From Macrostomum lignano (Eukaryota): a DNA stretch of 64,000 bases. The notes under the pieces are model-generated. The model was not told the origin of the DNA. It saw only the letters and a program-made list of their open reading frames with translations, and searched no databases. Both the position numbers and the translations under genes were made by a program. The stretch is from positions 62,608 through 126,607 of the forward strand of contig NIVC01002999.1 of assembly GCA_002269645.1 (NCBI GenBank), in the 5' to 3' direction. This document shows, one piece after another, positions 58,778 to 64,000 of this stretch. Numbering within the stretch: the first letter of the stretch is position 1; every line of letters starts with the position of its first letter.

Positions 58778-61700
58778 TCAGAGACGCCAATACGCAACAT
58801 TTTCAGCGTGCTCATTAGAGCCCAGATGATCCTCCAATTCTTTCAGGTCGTGCAGAAACAGGCCGGCATTGCCGCACGAGTCGTAGCACACCGGACAGAC
58901 AAAAGCCCAGCCATCGTCGCGTCGCGATTGTACAGCCCGATTCAGGCACTGCAGTTGATCGTTTAGAAACTGTCGCCATCGCAGTACCCAGGCATCCCAA
59001 CCGGATTTGTTATAATTGGCGTTGGCGCCGTTATCAGGCAATAACTGGCCACCGGCACTGGTAGCTAACAGTCTACCCTTATTCGCGCCAATATCCTGAA
59101 TGGCATTGTGCAGCGAATACATGGAGCAATTGGCAATCTGGTTTGTAGGCGTGCCCATAGTTACGCCAAGCCGGCGAGGCCAGCCCCAGTAGTCGGCATT
59201 CGGACCGGCTGTCTCGAGTGTTTTTGGCACCAGAGGATAAGCGGTCTTGAAGAATAGCTGACGCAATAGACTGCGCAGCATGTTCTGGCGATTGCGCAGA
59301 TTAACAAGATCGCATTCCACCAGTTGCAGACTGCTGCTGCCGCCGCTGGTAAAGTGTTTGTGGGGGGGGGGGGTGTAGCTCAAGTAAATGTGAGATTCAC
59401 AGACGACCCCTTTTGGCCCTTAGTGACGAATTCTCGAGGGAAACTTCTACCCTAGCAGCTTGAGGTAATTATGGTCATTCCGCTGACTGCAAACACGCAC
59501 TCATACACACGCTCACACAGGGTGTACAACAACCATCAAGGCCAATGTTTAGTCAACACAATCCACACAAGACATCTTATGCTGCCTTGCCGCGTATGGA
59601 ATAGGTATTTAGCAACAAATAAATAAATATATTTTTTAAATAAAACACTACTGCATGTAGCTTTTGACCCTTTAGTCACTACATTGTTCATTATTTAAGA
59701 AAAATGATGTTCAAAGCAAAAAAGAATCCACCTTCAGAGCCCAAGATTTCACATCCATCCTCTATGAGCTTTGGCATCAAAGCATCTAAGCGTCCTTTAT
59801 GAGCCACAGCATTTCAGCGATTCCCCCCATGAGCCTTGACATCTTAGCAATTCCACCTATGAGCCTTGACATCTTAGCAATTCCACCTATGAGCCTTGAC
59901 ATCTTAGCAATTCCCCCCATGAGCCTTGACATCTTAGCAATTCCACCTATGAGCCTTGACATCTTAGCAATTCCACCTATGAGCCTTGACATCTTAGCAA
60001 TTCCACCTATGAGCCTTGACATCTTAGCAATTCCCCCCACGAGACACGAGTCTTGTGCTTAAATTGCTCCTCACATACCTATAATATTTAATTATGTTTC
60101 TGACATCAGTTGTACAAAGTATCTGCAGAGCAACTGACTTACCGATCGCCAAGCATAAAATTAGCCTGCATTCGAATTTGATTAACTCGAACTAGATCAG
60201 AATTGTCCAACAGCACATCCGGCTGTACTAATAAATCGTGCGCCGGATCAACTGGCTGGCCATCGATAGCGCCCATGCCGCACAGGAAGCCGGTGTAGTG
60301 CGTGAGGCCATGCGGATTGCACCGCGGCTCCATCTGGGGTGCGAACAGCAGGCACAGAAGCGCAGGCAGGCCCGGTATATGGGGAAACAAAGTCGTATGA
60401 CTCAGCACTAATCGATTCTGATTCTTCGAATCGAGCATCACGGAGCCGGCAATGAGCAGCCGGTCTGTTGGATTCTGCGGCTCGGGATCGATGGCAACAG
60501 AATTGACGGAATCCGCATCCAGACCGATCTGTTTCCGCCTGTAACTGTTGCATAGGCCGCGAAATTTCATCTCAAACGGATGGCTAGGGCCGCGCGGCGT
60601 GAAATAGCCCCGGCCGAATACTGGCGCCCCAGCGGTCAGCTCGAAATTTCGAACTAGCACGTCGAGTTCGGACCGATCGAATAGCCGACCGTAACTGCCA
60701 TTGCCGCCAGAGGTGGAGGCGGCGGAATTAGTCTTGCCATGGCTGGTTGTGAATGTCCGCCTACGATGGCTATTATCACGACGGGACTCGTAGCATTCCG
60801 TGGCGGATTCGGCCAGCGACAGGTCGAAGCCGTCCTGTATACGGGGCGCACCGATTCGGCGAAGTATTTCGGACAGAGTGGCCGACGCCCAGTCCGGCAT
60901 GTTGCGACAGGCCGAGCCCTGTAGAGTTGACGGGTTATAAATATAGGTGATACCACGGGGCCTGTGATACCCTGATATCCTTCAGTGTGACTGTGATACC
61001 CTGATATCCTTCAGTGTGACTGTGATACCCTGATATCCTTCAGCGTGCCTGTGATACCCTGATATCTTTCAGTGTGTCTGTGATACCCTGATATCCTTCA
61101 GTGTGACTGATACCCTGATATCCTTCAGTGTGACTGATACCCTGATATCCTTCAGTGTGACTGATACCCTGATATCCTTCAGTGTGTCTGTGATACCCTG
61201 ATATCCTTCAGTGTGTGCCTGTGATACCCTGATATCCTTCAGTGTGTGCCTGTGATACCCTGATATCCTTCAGTGTGTGTCTGTGATACCCTGATATCTT
61301 TCAGTGTGTCTGGATACCCTGATATCTTTCAGTGTGTGCCTGTGATACCCTGATATCCTTCAGTGTGACTGTGATACCCTGATATCTTTCAGTGTGTCTG
61401 TGATACCCTGATATCCTTCAGTGTGACTGATACCCTGATATCCTTCAGTGTGACTGATACCCTGATATCCTTCAGTGTGTGCCTGTGATACCCTGATATC
61501 CTTCAGTGTGTGTCTGTGATACCCTGATATCTTTCAGTGTGTCTGGGATACCCTGATATCTTTCAGTGTGTGCCTGTGATACCCTGATATCCTTCAGTGT
61601 GACTGTGATACCCTGATATCTTTCAGTGTGTCTGTGATACCCTGATATCCTTCAGTGTGACTGATACCCTGATATCCTTCAGTGTGACTGATACCCTGAT

Positions 61701-64000
61701 ATCCTTCAGTGTGTCTGTGATACCCTGATATCCTTCAGTGTGTCTGTGATACCCTGATATCCTTCAGTGTGTGCCTGTGATACCCTGATATCCTTCAGTG
61801 TGTCTGTGATACCATGATATCATTCAGTGTGTGCCTGTGATACCCTGATATCCTTCAGTGTATGCCTGTGATACCCTGATATCCTTTAGTGTGCCTGTGA
61901 TACCCCGATATCTTTCAGAGCGTGATCCCTAATCGTTCAGGAGTGACATTGGGAGTGATACACCAGCGAAAATACACCTGGAGAAAATGCCTACCTGCAC
62001 TAAAATCATGTTAAGAGTTGGAACTTCGTCGTCAATAAGGGCTGTTTTGTCCTTAATCATGCTGACTCGAACGCGCACAACGTCGCAAACAATCGAGAAA
62101 ATACGGCAGTGAACTAGCAGCTTGTCTGTTCTGCTGTGAATGGTAGAAAATAGCCTGCTACTGAGAATCTTTTTAAACAGGCTAGACTCTTTGCAGGTCC
62201 ATTCGCCGTCAAAGTGAGTGAATCCGCGAGGCTTAATTTCGGCTAGTTTGATTTCGACAGCCAACGGAGGGTACTCTCGCAGATTTTCGGGCATGCTGCA
62301 TAATTCATTGACAAGCACGCTGCCAGTGTTGCCGTAGTCGATAAATCTGACCAGAATTTTGCCAGCCTGCGGCGCGCCGAGCACGCAGCAGCGATAATAG
62401 TCTCCTTGGTAGGGAGCCAAAGCCATGAGTCCGACAAATGGCTCACTACTCAATCGAGTTTTAGTGCAATTCTGCAGCTGATTTAGCATCTCGTGCTCCA
62501 TGCCAAAGAAATCTTTCGGAATGCCGTAAAAGTGCCCAACATTTACAACATGTGTTGGTTCGACAAAAAAATTTTGTTCTGAACCAAGACAGGCAAGTGG
62601 CGATTTTGGCCCATCATTAGCCGCACCGGCAGCGAGTCGGTCGGTCTCTTGGAGTAGAACTCCTGCAAGACCGACATGAACTTGCTGCGCTGATTGGCAT
62701 CTCGATAGCGCAAACGAAAGACGGCCATTTTTCCGGCCTTCAGCGCCAGCAGTACCGACGGATGAATTCGGCCAACCAAGGAAGGCAGGCCGCAGGCCGT
62801 GTCAGGATTAGACTTGGCCTCGGTGTCCATGACGTGCTCAACGTCGAAGCTGACAAAACATTTTGAATTCTCACTGGATACGCTAGGCTCGCCGAGCACT
62901 TTGTGCATGCAATATTTTTTAACTAAATCGGCTAATTGGCGACGATATAAATCGCCTTCGTTAAGCGGAAATCGCGCTAAACATGACCGTATTGCTAGGA
63001 TCATGGCCGGCAAACTCTTTACTGGCGCCAGTCTCTCCGTAGGCGGACGTGTCTCTAATAAAGAAATTTGGATAGAAGGCGCCAGCCAGTACGATCGGCA
63101 ATAAAATTTTGTCAACTTCGTCTTGCGGTTCCTTGGCGTTGGCGCCTTGACGCGAATTGGTTGGACGAATGTTAAATTTTTCTAATCGGCGAAGCAAATC
63201 AGTGTGCAAACTTTCTACTTCTTTTAACGCCCTCGGATCAATAAATTTGGTCCGGCACCAGCGAATCACTTCCATATCGGAATGGAAAACGCCCGATTGG
63301 CGATTCTGTAGAAAATTCTTAAATGCGCTGCACATTGCGACGCTGTCCGAGCAAGAGCCTTGTGAGTAGATTAGTTTTTCCTCAAATGAGTAGATAGCCT
63401 GGTCCGGCTGGAAATCGACAATAGGCCTGGAAAATAGGCTTTTACTACTGCTCATGCAAGCGCCAATGATCACTCCGTCTTCTAGGCAGCCAAAAATGAA
63501 GCTGAGCACAATCAGCTTGCCAACAAGAATGTCAACAGGTAGATGAGCAATTACCCGCCTAGAAAAGTCAATTCGCCGTCAAATGATCGGCAACATTGCT
63601 TGATAGAGCGGAAACAAGTTTCAATCGAATAACACTTTCGGCAATTCTAACTGGCGACGGTGGATCGATAGCAGCGGTTAAGAAGCTTAACGGCGCCTCG
63701 CCCATGAGTTTCACTTTGAGAATGCAATTCTCAATTGGGCAACGAAGCATAGCTGACGGTTCAAACTCCTCTAATTCAGCATCAATCTCTGGGGTAATTA
63801 GCCGGTAACAAACGCCTGACTGTAGGCGACCAGCGCGACCCGAGCGCTGCTTCAAATTGCTTTTTGAAGCCCAACCAACGCGTAGACTGCTCAGCGTTGA
63901 GTTGTCATCCTTGCACAGATACTTAGTCTGGCCAGGTCGATAACGTAAACAATGTCTTTCAATGGTAATAGAAGATTCGGCTATATTAGTAGCGAGAATG
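58778..64000 (-). CDS. TDRD9: TDRD9/spindle-E DExH helicase-Tudor protein, 3' part; apparent frameshifts in the large exon (pseudogene or assembly error)
   Basis: Exons >64000-61995, 60918-60143, 59345-58778 (phases 0 and 2 consistent). ILATNIAESSIT, WASK..QRSGRAGR, HA2 (DGELTFLG..IAHLPVD), LAGAFYPNFF, Tudor (GDYYRC..VRFIDYGN), GPSHPFE..DSVNSV, C-terminal C..C..H..H. Confidence 0.88.
59790..60040. repeat. 30 bp minisatellite in TDRD9 intron (GAGCCTTGACATCTTAGCAATTCCACCTAT)
   Basis: Direct inspection; related to 3030-3130 and 9780-10030. Confidence 0.92.
60945..61920. repeat. About 29 bp minisatellite in TDRD9 intron (GTGATACCCTGATATCCTTCAGTGTGTCT)
   Basis: Direct inspection. Confidence 0.95.

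Overview
Eukaryotic (metazoan) genomic DNA with GT-AG introns, standard code and TTAGGG repeats. Nearly every intron holds a 10-35 bp minisatellite, a pattern reminiscent of free-living flatworms such as Macrostomum (inference only). 1-17.6 kb is a nest of mobile elements. A Ty3/Gypsy LTR retrotransposon (pol, an accessory ORF with its own CCAAT/TATA promoter, 3' LTR) is split by a 3.2 kb satellite-filled non-autonomous Helitron. It is followed by a head-to-tail Helitron array, a Crypton-like tyrosine recombinase remnant, a 2A/PHD-bearing LINE remnant and an internally deleted hAT. Host genes reconstructed by hand with consistent intron phases: a 10-exon ankyrin-repeat gene (+, about 1260 aa); a 3-coding-exon secreted prohormone-like gene (+, 231 aa) that the ORF track misses, with a signal peptide, a His-rich segment, 11 KR-flanked A(A/S)L(A/S)DF hexapeptides and a C-terminal two-Cys peptide; two tandem ABHD17 paralogs (-) sharing an apparent gene-conversion tract; and the 3' part of TDRD9/spindle-E (-) with six apparent single-base indels in one exon. 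Most long ORFs in the track are artefacts of stop-free satellites. The most novel-looking items are the prohormone, the satellite/telomere/tRNA-carrying Helitron family, an intronic array of AG|GT ratchet-like motifs, and a pair of flip/flop hairpin elements. No database search was possible; family names rest on recognised motifs.
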